A stretch of DNA of 64,000 nt from Harriotta raleighana (lineage: Eukaryota). Below are positions 52,201 to 64,000 of this stretch, piece by piece. Below the pieces are notes generated by a model. It had not been told where the DNA came from. It made no database searches and worked only from the letters and a program-made list of their open reading frames with translations. The DNA lies in assembly GCA_050575255.1 (NCBI GenBank), contig JBNZDD010013700.1, positions 6,189,396-6,253,395 on the forward strand. The letters are read 5' to 3'. Position 1 is the stretch's first letter. Each line of letters opens with the position of its first letter. Both the position numbers and the translations under genes were made by a program.

Positions 52201-55200
52201 TGGTTGGATTGAGTGACCTGCTTCTGTGCTGTACATAGTAAATATGTATGGAATACATATACAATAATAATAATTAGAATAATTCTTGCATTTGCTATAG
52301 CACTTTTCGATGCAGCAGCCAATTGTGCACAGCAGTGTCCCGAATGCATTTGTGGAATGAAGTGAAAAATGTTATTATTTTTTTCCCTTGCCCACGCATT
52401 CGTCACATCAAGGCTCGACTATAGAAACTCCCTCCTCGTCGGCCTTCCCAGTTCTTCCCTTCACAAGCTGCAGATCACCCAGAACTCTGCAGTCCGTGTC
52501 CTCTCCTAGGCTCTATTGGCTCCCCAGAGGATCAAATTCAAGATCCTCCTCCTCACTTTCAAGGCTATTCACGGGCTTGCCTTTTCTTATATCTCTGACC
52601 TGCTATCCCCCTATGAACCTGCCTGCCCTCCCCCTTCAGAGGGCTCCGGTCTGCTCCATGTCCCCCGCCCGACATGCCCTACCATCGATGGACGATCTTT
52701 CAGCCTCTCTACTCCCACTCAGGAACTCCATCCCACAATCCCTTCGCCTCGCGGAAATTTAACCCAGGTCTGTTGCTTGCTAGGTAACTGCTCTAACCAC
52801 TGAGCTGCAGGACTCCATTACATATTATTTACGTGAACAAAGCACTGAGGTGTGTGGTGCTTGGCTCACAATACTTTATATTGACGTCCTGATGGTACTA
52901 ATTAGAAGAGTTAAAAATAGGAGTGACAGGTTTCTACCAGTTACGGATAAGCTTCAAGGTAAGGTAAAAATAAAACATTAAAAGTGTTCAGCAGAAATAT
53001 CTGCATCAGTATTAAGATTAAAGCAGTATCACACCTCCCTTGACTTCAGTTGGAGTTTCTCTATTAAACATGTCTTCAGCTCCAAACCACTGGAATCGAT
53101 ATTCCTATCGATAATACATGTTAAAGCATTTTCTAACTCTAAAACCCTTATTGCTATACATTTCATGAAGTACAGAATTCATTATGTGTTGTGTAACCTG
53201 ATGTTAGGGCTCATTTTTAATTGAGGGAATTGATGATTATATCATTTAAGTTTTTAATGCATTATATATATAAATTACATGTAAAAACAGTTGTACTGTA
53301 TTCTGCACCATTTACAAACACATATATAGATGGAACTAAAAGCATCTTTAATTAAGTAGTTAGCAATAAATAGCATGGTTTCGAATAATAATAGTCTTTA
53401 ACATCAACCTGAACAGGCAGATGAGTCCTCGGTTTAATATCTCATCTAAAGGTTATCATCTCTGAAAATGTGATACTACTTTTCCAGCACTGTATTGATG
53501 TGGCAGCCTAGAGTGCTCATAGATAACACAACTAGAACAACAACAAAATTAAGTTTATAGAGCGCCTTTCATGTCGGGAAGACGTCCCACGGTGCTGGGC
53601 TGGCCATCTATTACACATGAATGTAATAGATGCCTATTGGAGCTCCTGTAGCTCAGTGGTTAGAGCACTTGCCTCACAAGAATGAGACCGGTGTTTCGAA
53701 TCCAGGTAGGTCAGAGCGAAACCTTGGGCAAGTTTCCACATGCCTAATAATAATCCCTCCAAAAAAATCACAATACAGTAAAACCCTGTTTATCCGGAAC
53801 GCTGTGGGGGGGGTCGACTAATTGACGGTGCCGGATAAATGGGGGACAAGTCACTGAAAACCCAACATAAAAATTAACTTATTTTAAAACATACCCATGT
53901 TAATAATACACTACAAAGTAACAGAAGATTGTGTGGATACTTACCAATAAAGCATTCCAGCACAGGTAAAAATCGATCGTTGAAATATCCCAAGTGCGTA
54001 ATTTACTAAGTAGTTAATTTACTAAGTGCGCATGCACACGCATTGCACGCATGCGCAAAGTGAGCAAACTTGCGATTCTGCAATAGGGAATTGCCCTGGC
54101 CAGGGGTCGAGCAATTGAAATGGGTCACGGATGAACAGGGTTTAACTGTAATAACAATTGGTCATTTCAACCAACGACTGTTTGTGGGACACTGCTGTGC
54201 ACAATTGGCTGTCGTGTTTGGCCCACAAATATACAATCAATTCATTTTATAGTATATTCTGTGAAGCACTTTGAGACGTCGATAAGATGTGGAAAGCGCT
54301 ATATCAAATGCAANCGGCCAGGGGTCGAGCAATTGAATTGGGTCACGGATGAACAGGGTTTAACTGTAATAACAATCGGTCATTTCAACCAACGACTGTT
54401 TGTGGGACACTGCTGTGCACAATTGGCTGTCGTGTTTGGCCCACAAATATACAATCAATTCATTTTACAGTATATTCTGTGAAGCACTTTGAGACGTCGA
54501 TAAGATGTGGAAAGCGCTATATCAAATGCAAGGATTATTATTATTATTATTATGCCATTGTCTCTTGTTACATTGGTATCAGGTGTTGTAGTGCATATAC
54601 TGACACAGATTTACAGTAACAATGTTTTAACACTAGAAAATAATTTCTTAGAGAAAAATGCAACAAGATAAGCTTAGTATTTTCCCTCTCACTATTTCAC
54701 GCATTTAATTTCCTTCACCTGTAATTCTCCCTTCTCTGTCTAATATTTAAATTTCAGTTCCTTTCTTCTCTCTCCAGCATTTATTTTGCCTTGGCATCAA
54801 CTAGAATCATATAATCTCCATTAATATATTACAACAACAACTTCGATTTATTTAGCGCCCTCCATGCCGGATGGCTTCTCAGAGCACTTCACTCTTTTCC
54901 TCAAGAAACTACNAACTTTGATTTATTTAGCGCCCTCCATGCCGGATGGCTTCTCAGAGCGCTTCACTCTTTTCCTCAAGAAAATACAGGTTTACAAAGG
55001 GAAATTGCTCGACACATCCGGGGAAATATTTATTTACCCGGAAGTTAATTAACAACTCAAATGGATTACCNTTCGATTTATTTAGCGCCCTCCATGCCGG
55101 ATGGCTTCTCAGAGCACTTCACTCTTTTCCTCAAGAAACTACAGGTTTACAAAGGGAAATTGCTTGACACATCCCGGGAAATATTTATTTACCCGGAAGT

Positions 55201-56017
55201 TAATTAACAACTCAAATGGATTACCAGGAAGGGTGATTGAGGCAAAGGTCTTCCCTCATTTAAGAAACAGTTCAAATTTTACTAGGAAACAGGAGGGTAG
55301 ATATTCAGATACACTTAGATCAAATGTGCTGTAGGCTCTGCTTCATTTGAAGCTCTCTTATGATGTATCCACAGTGAGAGACATTCCAGGAACATTAGTG
55401 AGTGACATAGCCATACAAAAGTACATTGCGTCTCTGGAGGAGACTCACTTTACAAGATGCTTTTTTCCTCGCTATGAAGGTGTGATTTATGCTGTCAATT
55501 TGTTGCCTCCTTTAAAGCAATTTCCATTGCTTTAACTGAGGATGGGTTTTCTGTCTCTGCAAGTACCCAATAATGTTGAGTCCCTTTGTGAAGCCAACTC
55601 AATCAATGTTAAACAATTTGCTCATATGGATTTTATTTGCAACCTAGTGATGCATCACGCCTTATGAAAAAACGATGAGTGCACAAATTTTTTTTTTGTC
55701 ATCCTACAAATTTACAAAAATACAGAGTCATTACACAGCAACAATTTGCCTGTGAAGCATTGTCTACAAGTGGCTATATTATTATTACACAAATTATAAT
55801 CCCATCAACAAGAGACTTACTCTGTGCATGGTAGTGTCTCTGGTCTGGAGCGGTTCGATAATCCCTTTACTTGCTGATGAACTGTAAAGAATCCACCAAG
55901 AATTATATCACCAGTGTCTTTGGCTCCCACAATATCAATTGGTACAACACAAGAATTTCCAAGCGAGAGATGAAAAATACAGTACAAAAAACTACAGGCA
56001 GCATTCACACTCAGCAT
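42281..56017 (-). CDS. GPRC6A-like: Class C GPCR, GPRC6A-like amino-acid receptor; spliced CDS join(56017-55821, 49631-49325, 47848-46982, 45662-45459, 44667-44544, 43251-42281), 889 aa
   Basis: Six exons of 197+307+867+204+124+971 = 2670 nt give an open frame with canonical GT-AG junctions. The product has a signal peptide, a Venus flytrap domain ([38 protein letters not shown]), a nine-Cys domain and a 7TM region ([16 protein letters not shown]). The motifs match GPRC6A better than T1R or CaSR. Confidence 0.93.
43545..44015 (-). mobile_element. tRNA-derived SINE with a nested short L2 3' end (~43570-43677) in receptor intron 5
   Basis: The tail aataatccttgcatttgatatag is interrupted by a plus-strand L2 stem-loop and (GTT)n. 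The head lies at ~43950-44015. Confidence 0.72.
44544..44667 (-). CDS. GPRC6A-like: GPRC6A-like exon 5 (cysteine-rich domain)
   Basis: Not in the ORF track. Acceptor ttcctag|AAC. Reads [41 protein letters not shown]. Donor G|gtaagt. It is 124 nt, a length typical of this exon in CaSR/V2R-family genes. Confidence 0.92.
45459..45662 (-). CDS. GPRC6A-like: GPRC6A-like exon 4
   Basis: Acceptor ttgcag|CTA. Reads [10 protein letters not shown]...[18 protein letters not shown]...VGEY. Donor GAG|gtgatt. Confidence 0.9.
46982..47848 (-). CDS. GPRC6A-like: GPRC6A-like exon 3
   Basis: Acceptor tggcag|GTT. Reads [26 protein letters not shown]...WIATDAWS...FAPWQ. Donor CAG|gtaatt. 289 codons. Confidence 0.95.
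48041..49214. mobile_element. Non-autonomous Tigger/pogo-type DNA transposon (1174 bp) in receptor intron 2
   Basis: 22-bp TIRs CAGTTAACCATCGTCGAACGTG / CAGTTAACCCTCATCGATCGTG (3 mismatches) with a TA TSD on both sides. The interior has ~72-bp tandem units and a C-rich minisatellite. Confidence 0.88.
49325..49631 (-). CDS. GPRC6A-like: GPRC6A-like exon 2
   Basis: Acceptor ...taatatag|A. Reads [20 protein letters not shown]...LGYEIYDTC...[13 protein letters not shown]...LMPQ. Donor CAA|gtaagt. Confidence 0.93.
51183..51322 (+). mobile_element. Penelope-like element terminal repeat fragment
   Basis: gttctgacgaaggg...ccgaaatgttgactc...gacctgctgagtgttcccagca...ccagcatctgcagta, homologous to the ends at 57265-57480 and 57823-57915. 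Confidence 0.65.
51985..52235 (+). mobile_element. Old CR1 3' fragment
   Basis: [21 protein letters not shown] followed by a CR1-type 3' UTR. Confidence 0.7.
53639..54550 (+). mobile_element. Young tRNA-derived SINE split by a MITE (3' part duplicated across the N at 54314)
   Basis: A box TAGCTCAGTGG, B box-like GTTTCGAATCC, Deu-like core and (ATT)n tail. Confidence 0.85.
53776..54148. mobile_element. Tigger/pogo-type MITE (373 bp)
   Basis: TA|CAGTAAAACCCTGTTTATCCG...CGGATGAACAGGGTTTAACTG|TA. The SINE sequence resumes after it. Confidence 0.88.
55821..56017 (-). CDS. GPRC6A-like: GPRC6A-like exon 1 (signal peptide, start of Venus flytrap)
   Basis: Reads [47 protein letters not shown]... 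and ends GA|gtaagt (phase 2). Confidence 0.88.
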
Positions 56018-57261
56018 GATTCTTCAGTTTTGCTGGAGTTCTCCAGTGCTCTATTATAGTCAAATCATTTAAAAGGAACACAACGTACACCACGGAGAAA
56101 GCGATGGCAGTTTCAAATACTGTGCGATCCCCTCACAAACACGTGTTCCTGGTTTCAGAACAATTGCATTAATTAGTTGCTTCTTCTAAGATATAAACTA
56201 CACCTCATTGGTTAATGATTGTTAAACTGAAAGGAGTGGCATTTTATTCCAATCCAGCAGAACACGATTCTGTATCACTATATCATGAGATGCCTCTGTT
56301 GAACCACTTAGGTTTGTCATTCCTGTGGCTGCTCATTTCAATAGTAATATTGAAAATGCAAAAATGTGGCAGAGTGCCAGGAGATCATGCCAATGGATGA
56401 ATCGCCCTATCTCCTGAGTTACTTTCAGTATTTCTACTCCTTGGAAATTTGAATCAAAAGCTTCAGCGTAAAAGCAGAATTTTAAAAAGCTATTTTGAGC
56501 TGCTTGGACCTTCCTCAGATCTTATTGAAGACTGCAAGCAAACATTCTTAAATGATTGTATACTGCTAAGGTACTTAAAAGGGTAAAAGTGCCCTTTTGA
56601 ATTATTACTCTTAAAAATAAATTTTGAAGCAATAAAAAAAATTATATTGTCATAGCACCTTTCACATGGAGAGGGTGAGTGTTGATCTCAAAGGGCTTCA
56701 CAAGATATACTGGGAAGTACTGTGTGTGTATTTCAAAGACATATTTGCATGTAGCTATGTCACACAGTTCAGGACACCAAGAAAAATACCCTTATCTTTA
56801 CAAGCAATGCTATAGCATCTTTAATGTCCATGTGAACAGACCAGCAAGAATTTGTTTTAAAGTTTTATCCAAAGGACAGCACCTCCATTGATGCAGCAGC
56901 ACCCCAGTACAGTTTTGGAACATCACCTTGGATTGTGCAAGTTCAAAGTCCCAATATGGGGGTGATCTACAACTTTCTGATTCAGCGGTGAGATGTTTGA
57001 GGTTTTTTATTTCCAGCAGCATTTATGCAAAATGTATATACTATTTTGAGTTGCTGCTACGAAATTAACTTAAGGTAAATGTAGTAAATGAAGCAATAAG
57101 CAGTTAGTTCAAGGCACCAGAGCAGACTGGTGGTGGTGACATCATGACCAGGAAACCTGCAAACTTGTTTGACTGGAGATTGACATCTGTTGGAATGTTG
57201 TCTTTGTGGTTCTCATGGTGTTGTTTTGATCAATTGCATCCCACAGGTAACAGGAACTGAT

Positions 57262-57915
57262 AAATCAAAAACGCAAAATACTGCAGTTGCTGGAAATCGG
57301 AAACAAAATCAGAAGTCACTGGTTGCATAAGAGGAACTAGGGCTGTAAGGTCCTGCCATATTAAAAAAAACACACACACAGAAGTTGCTGGGAAAACTCA
57401 GCAAGTCAGGCAGCATCCATGGAAAAAGGAAAGTGAGTCAACTTTTCGTTGTCCACGACCCTTCGTCAAAACTGGGGAGTGTTTTAGAGGGAGAGGTGAT
57501 ATTAATATTGATTTCAACAATTTCAGGCCNGGAAATGTTTTAGAGGGAGAGGTGATATTAATATTGATTTCAACAATTTCAGGCCATAACAGCTCACCTT
57601 CCCCCTCTGCAACCATCTGATCTGCCTGTTCTTTGACAATTTCACCCCCTTTTTGTTTTAACGTTATTCGTACTTCTTCTCTCCAGTTTTGTTGCAATTC
57701 CCTTTGGTTTCACAACATTAACACTTCTTTAACCCATCACCTCCTGCCTTTTATCTTTGTCTTCCTCGCCCTGCTTCCCCCCTATCTGTTAGTTCTTAAA
57801 AGTCTCTCCAACCTAACATGCCCCAGTTCTGACAAAGAGTCATGGACCTGAAATGTTGACTCACTTTTCCTTTCTCCATAGATGCTACCATACCTGCTGG
57901 GAGTTCCCAGGGATT
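57262..57915. mobile_element. Penelope-like insertion with inverted terminal repeat
   Basis: The left arm (57380-57478) is approximately the reverse complement of the right arm (57823-57915): atgga.aaaggaaa.gtgagtcaac versus gttgactcacttttcctttctccat. Confidence 0.7.
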
Positions 57916-58727
57916 ACTGTTAAAAGGATATCGTGTCTGAAAGGGGCCTGATTTGCATGGATACTTACTGTCTGCATGAATGTGCGAGTGCAGTGCGAGT
58001 GCGAGTGTAACAAACAACAACAAATTACATTTGCATAGCGCCTTTCATGTGAGGAGGTCGTCTGAAGGTGCTGGACAGTCAGTGTTTCGGAGCGGAGCTG
58101 AGCTGGGGGCTGGGATCAGAGAGGGTGGAGGGCAGGGCTGAAGGAGGGTGATCAAAGGCACGGTTGAATAGGAGGGGTGATGGGTCCTAAATAATAAAAA
58201 ATAATAATCCTTGCATTTTATTTAGCGTCTGTTCACATCCCTTAGACCCACCACTTTGATTGTCAAGCACTTTGAGGTTGTTTACTTCAATGGTAAACAA
58301 TATTAAATATTTGTTACCAAACATCTCTTTGGTGGCTGTATGCATGTCCTATTCAGTGTTTCCAGAGTTAGCCCGATTTGCTTTTAGATCATATTGTCCC
58401 ATTTAACTATTGCTTCCAGTAAAGTATTCCAGTAAAGTCTTCAACTTCATGATCCTTACCCTCACATACAAACCCTTCACACCCTCGCGCCTCTCTATCT
58501 CTCTGATCTGCTTGTATCCCACTGCTCTGCCTACCCGCTTCGCTCAGATGACATGTGTCGGCTATGCATCCAGTCCAACATCTCTGAACCAGCATTGGTC
58601 GCCATATCTTCAGTCATAATGCACTTAATCTTTGTCTCTATCCTTCTGCCTTGCCTCCTCTTTATCTATTATTAAACCCCATCTCTTCAACTATGCCTAT
58701 GGTCACCTCCCTCTTCTCCTTCGTGCT

Positions 58728-58937
58728 AATAATAATCCCTCCAAAAAAAAACACAATACTAAAATTGGTCATTTCAATCCACGACTGTTTGTGGGACACT
58801 GCTGTGCGCAATTGGCTGCCGCGTTCCACCCACAAATATACAATCAATTCACTTTACAGTATATTCTGTGAAGCGCTTTGGGACGTTGATAAGATGTGAA
58901 AAGCGCTATATCAAATGCAAGGATTATTATTATTATA
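58728..58937 (+). mobile_element. Young 5'-truncated SINE
   Basis: CpG-intact core gtgggacactgctgtgcgcaattggctgccgcg, followed by a stem-loop and (ATT)n tail. Confidence 0.82.
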
Positions 58938-59912
58938 ATCATTGTGCAGTGAGAACCCCATCAATGTACATCTCTGTGAAATGTTATCCCACATTCAGAG
59001 CACTGCATAAATGCAAGTTGTTGTAAAGACAACTGTTGTTTGATGATTTGCTTCTAAAAAGGTAGCTTCCAATTGATGAATATTAATTGCAGCCCAAAGA
59101 AAGCAATATCAAATTGTGTTGAGAGATTAGCATGTTTGGATATTTTCTTTCCTTTAAGGGAAATTGATTATAATGCAATATTTTCCACGAGGGATATTTT
59201 GTTACGAGTCCATTTTGTTTCCTGAAACAAAGCAACCTTTTCTTTTCCATCAACCTCTTATGTTTTTAATAATCTTTATACTGTAGTTAGAATTTAGAAA
59301 TTGTCACAAATCAGAACTGGAAGGACACCTTAAAAGAACACAATGCACAATCCCAATCATTTAAATCATTTTATTCTTCCATCATTCTAGGTCTACAAGC
59401 ATTTTACCATCAGTTTTTTGTTTATCATAATATTTTTAAAAGGCTGATGGGATGTGTAAGCGGAAAGGCCAGAGTTTGACAAGGTTGACATCAGCACTTG
59501 GGACTTTGCATCTAGTCTACCTCAAATCTTGATTCAATACTGACTGAGGAAAGGGATGGAGGGAGGGGAAAAAATCATTGACAAATTCACCATGAGTTCA
59601 TTCTGGCTACCCACCACTGGTAGTAACAGGGAAGCAAAGCACTGGCAAAGGTTGCAGATGCTCATAGATACCAATATTTCCTCGTTGTCGGGATTTGGTA
59701 ATTGCAACTCAGGAAAATATATTGGAAGAGAATGAGAAATTACAATCGTAATTACCAGAAAAAAACTATTGTTTAACTTATAGCACCAATGTCAGAAACT
59801 AAAGCAGCACAGTACAGTACATAGAAAAGTGGATCAAACAATTTCACATGTATAAGGTTCAAAGTAATAAACTGATTGATATCATACATGTATTTGCTGC
59901 TGGTTTCAATGC

Positions 59913-60101
59913 TTAGGCTCTAGGAAAGCTACACTCATTTTCAACCGTTTGAATCATTGAAGCTTTTTCTGGCCAAATGTAAGAATCGGATATAAACTCA
60001 TCGTAATCGGTGCTATACATCATGGAGCGGATGAAAGCTTCTTTATCTTCAGGCTCTGGATACACAGAGGTCATTCCATTTTTGCACGCATATTCCATAG
60101 T
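59913..60101 (-). CDS. ME1: NADP-dependent malic enzyme, last coding exon
   Basis: ctttcag|TMEYACKNGMTSVYPEPEDKEAFIRSMMYSTDYDEFISDSYIWPEK...*. VYPEP and YSTDYD favour ME1 over ME3/ME2. The upstream exons lie beyond the window. Confidence 0.88.
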   Translation of the reverse strand, partial: TMEYACKNGMTSVYPEPEDKEAFIRSMMYSTDYDEFISDSYIWPEKASMIQTVENECSFPRA

Positions 60102-62100
60102 CTGAAAGAGAAACATAAACAGGTCTGGACCAGGAAATAAAGAACTTGTATATTGGTAGCTTCCGGTTATGCAGAAATCTCAATACACTTCATAAGCAAT
60201 TTGAATTAAGATCAGTAATTACTGTATTGAGGAAATAGATCCAAGTCAGAAATGGTAGAGTCGAACATTTATCATTATCTCTGATCTTGCAATGCCGATG
60301 TTCAAAGGGATTCATCATACTGTGCAAACAGATCTGAAGATTTCTGTCAACTATCTGTTTGTCATCTCTTATGGAGTACAAATTAAAAGTCTTTGTCCAG
60401 CAAAATAGAACAAAATCTATTGCATAAGGTATTTCTTCATTCTGACCATGTTGCCAGTCTCTCTTCCCACCCAGGCATCACTCCACTATGTCAATGAATT
60501 GCTCTACCTAGGATTCCTATGGCAGATGCATGCAAGACGTTCAGATAAAATAATCAAATACTTCGTTATTTACTTTCAGGTGGGAACAATAAGGGAGCCA
60601 GCAAATTCACTGGTTATTCACTGGTATGACTTTCAATTTCAAGGGAAGAGGAAGGGTTCTATTTTTAACCACTCGGCAGGAATTCCCTCATTGCTGGACA
60701 ATACCTTAATAAGGTCTTCCTGATTCTTCATTCTTTAAATTTTGGCATACCTTCACATACTACACTCCACCATCCCTCCAGACCTTAATTCTACAATCAT
60801 GACACTTCTCAATAAGTCTAAATATCTATTGTTGCAATAAAGCAAAATACAAACTGCTTTAGGGAACACACACCATATCTAAAATGGGATTAGCAATGTC
60901 ATATGAATGAGAATCACTATTAATTAAAAATGTCAACGCCACTTTCAATTGTTTTCATGCTTCTTGTCTATCAGAAGAATAAAATCCAAGAATGAGTGAG
61001 AGATGCTGAATAAGGAAAACAAGACAATTTGCTAACCCCACTGGCAGACACTATTATCTCCGCCAATCGACTATTGATTGGGTTCCTCTATTTATTTGAA
61101 TAGAAGTTTAACACTTCATAGAATCGTAGAATTATACAGCCCAGAAGGAGGCCATTCGGCCCATTTTGTCTTTGAAAAGAGCTCTTTGAAAAGAGCTACC
61201 CAAATCAATCCCCACTTCCATCACTTCCCCACTCTCTCCCCATAGCCCTGCAAACTTGTCCTCCTCAAATAATTAACTACAACAACAACAACAACTTTGA
61301 TTTATATAGCGCCCTTCACACCGGACTGCGTTTCTTTTAAAAGTTGTTATTGAACATGCACCAGACACAGGTATACTAGAGAGGACTTGCTACTCTCCAG
61401 GCCTTTGATGCACCATCCACATATTTGCAAAAAGCTTTTGAAATTGAAAATCTGCCAGTTGTTTCTATCTTCCCCGACCTTCATTATTCTAGGATTTTCA
61501 TTTCTATTTTGAAATATTTTCTTAATATGTTTGCTTTCATTATTAATCTCTTACAAATCCCTCTCTGATACTTCTAAATCCTACTTTCACCTTACTCTGT
61601 AAATACCAAAGCAAAGAACATACTAAGTATCTCTGCATTGCCTTAAATAGAAGATTGCCCCATTTGCCTCTAAGAGGTCCCATCATTTCATTCACTATCA
61701 CCTTTTCTGTTCCTTTTTCTGCAGACTGCCATTTAATCTTCCACTTACCCTCATAACTCATAGTTATGTGTGAAATCTTCTTTGCTGATTAGGTGTGGAA
61801 GTAATCAGAATAATAAAATTTAAGTGGTTAAAACTTTTAAAATACAATGTATGAGAAGGCAATGAGTATTGCCATACTATAGACAGTAAGAATCAGATAG
61901 CATTCAACTCTGCATAACTGTCCAGTGACTCAATCAGGGAGGTGGATATATGATAAGGAAAGAAGTAAAATCTCTATTATGGAACAACACAACTATTAAA
62001 ACTTGCAGTTGATGCAGCACACATTTTGAAGAGTTCATGACATTACTCCAATGTATAGTGTTTGTATTTGCAGGTTAAAAAACTCTACTGTTTTTATTAC

Positions 62101-62199
62101 CTGCACGGCCAGTTTCAGAGAAACATCCCGAATAGTATTGAGTGGTGGGTATAAGCGACCTTCAGCCAAATGTTTCTCAGACACCTGCTCAGCTAAAAC
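62101..62199 (-). CDS. ME1: NADP-dependent malic enzyme, penultimate coding exon
   Basis: Not in the ORF track. tttcag|VLAEQVSEKHLAEGRLYPPLNTIRDVSLKLAVQ|gtaata, 99 nt. GRLYPPL is the malic-enzyme C-terminal motif. Confidence 0.9.
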
Positions 62200-64000
62200 C
62201 TGAAACAAGAGTAAAATGATTTAAATAAAATAGAAGGTTTAACACATTATTGAAGCAATATTGACCTTCTTCCTCTGTTCCAATGTCACTTTTTCTCACA
62301 TCTCTCACGCACGCTCTTTCTTCCTTTGTCCTGTTCTGCTTCCTTTCCCTCCCAAACAACTGAACAGAAACCTCATCATGAAACAGTATATTGACAAGCT
62401 TAACATTCAATCACATCCAAATCCACCGATTTAAATGAACAGGAAGCGCTTAAACAAGTACACAAATGTTAGATAGGTTGTTGCTGCTCTATGTTGCTAT
62501 ACTAACCAGGTCTTACTGACTTCATCCAACTTGCTAAACAATTGAGCTGAGCATAGCACACCAATATGTATTATTTAATATTAACATCCCTCGTATCAGA
62601 TCAAAATGTCACAGAACACTTCACACGATGGATGGCAACAAATTACATTTTTCATTTTAGCTAACATCCATAATCGTGCATCCAAATCAGACAGAGCCCC
62701 AGATATACATGCCACATATACAGTACATAGAAATTTCCCTGTTCCTGAAATAGAATGCCCTCTTATCTTTTTGGATAGATATCAAACATCCTGTTTAACT
62801 AGTTCCAAAATGTACCAGATGCAGGTTGACGTGATTCAAGGCTTTGGGGGGAATATGTGCTTCCTTTTGGTAAGTAGACAAGTTCCTGCCTCCAGTGACC
62901 GGGCCACCCTATTCAAGTCCTGTCGATGAGCCTGGCTGGCCGATCGATCACCGATAGTGTCCTAGAGTACCACATGCCTGCATGGCTCAGGAATCAGAAG
63001 ACTTGAGACCACCAGAGAAGCAACTCAATTCAAATTTTCCAGAGCCAGCTCAGTCATAAGGGATCAGAATAATCTCCCCCAGGAGGATAGTCACAAATTT
63101 GTTCTTAGATTCTGAATAGCACAGGTTTGAGCCCTCACTAAGTGAAAGAGCTCGAACAGCAATTACAAGGAATGCAGTTGTCATGTAACACAACATACAT
63201 TAGTACTGGGTTAAATAACCTGTCCAGAGCAAAGGGGGGTGGGGCGGGGTAGGTGGTTAGGGGAGGAAATTTATTCCAAAAAGGGTTACCAAATTCCAGG
63301 TACAGTTTAGAAAATAAAAGTCTTTCCCAGTTCTTCCAATATTGTTCTCAAGCAATTTGTTTTGATGATTAATGAATGTTGCTTTAACCATTTTGGTCAG
63401 GAATCTAATCCACTCATTCCCTGTTTAGTGATGAAGCAAATCTTTTAACCCAGTCACAAGTCGATCGTAAACTGTTCCCTTCCAGTTGTCGGTGAGCTCT
63501 GATTACAATTCACGTCAGCTCAAAACAAACCGTTATTGTGACTCGACTCTTCATTGTCTTATGCATTAGTTCAGATAAGCACACTATCATGCTAAGTTAT
63601 AACTAAAAATAATTCTGTAAAGGAATGTCAGAAAACACATTATCTCAGGTAATCCCCTCAGTTATTTATAGAAAACAATACGCAAACAAATATCATAATG
63701 GAAATGGAATATCTAACTTGAAAAGTTCGAAAGGGATTTGAAGTTCGTAAATTCTACAGGTATTCTAATGTGTTGACAGTCTCGAAATCTTCCAGACAGT
63801 GACCTCAACTTTGATCTCCCAAAGCCAGTTTGTAGCTCAATGAGACCACCAGGATCTGGCTTCAATGAGGTTCTGAGTGGAGTTCTGCAGGGTCAGCCTC
63901 AAGACAAATCTCAGTATCTGTAGGATTCACCACTTCAAATCTATTTGCAAATCTTGTAAACCACCCTCCACCCCCCACATGTTCAAACAGGGGGTGAATG

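Noticed and set aside
53639-53712. tRNA gene
   Set aside because: A/B boxes are present, but there is no proper acceptor stem and it runs into a SINE body found many times in the window.
54835-55225. Three-copy repeat resembling a repeat-spacer array
   Set aside because: There are no unique spacers, the copies are separated by Ns, and the unit is LINE-tail sequence in a vertebrate context. It is not CRISPR.
42281-56017. Calling the receptor TAS1R, CaSR or V2R
   Set aside because: The exon layout is shared with them, but C..P.D.V.A in exon 1, [30 protein letters not shown] and WNWIGII.TDDDYG fit GPRC6A best.
62830-63070. GC-richer, CpG-containing patch in the ME1 intron
   Set aside because: I could not assign it as an exon, RNA gene or known repeat by eye. 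It needs a Dfam/Rfam search.

Overview
This is repeat-rich, AT-rich vertebrate genomic DNA. The repeat set (Deu-core tRNA SINEs, L2 and CR1 LINEs, Penelope-type ends) suggests a cartilaginous fish; that is an inference. Two minus-strand genes are supported. The first is a complete six-exon class C GPCR of the GPRC6A type (CDS 56017->42281, 2670 nt, 889 aa, all GT-AG introns in phase). The second is the last two coding exons of malic enzyme ME1 (62199-62101 and 60101-59913), whose stop lies about 3.9 kb upstream of the receptor ATG. The first ~41 kb has no recognisable host exon. It holds decayed L2 and CR1 LINEs, SINEs, a decayed Ty3/Gypsy element with very short LTRs, a solo LTR, Tigger/pogo-type MITEs, and a repeat-free block with seven TGACAG motifs. 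The best leads are: the receptor as a GPRC6A paralogue beside ME1 with an altered ligand pocket; the TGACAG-dense candidate enhancer; hammerhead-like cores in Penelope ends; and a 3' stem-loop shared and swapped between L2 and the SINEs. Eight single-N junctions with flanking duplications look like assembly artefacts. Repeat boundaries are approximate unless TSDs or TIRs are quoted. Comparisons to human proteins are from memory, not from database searches.
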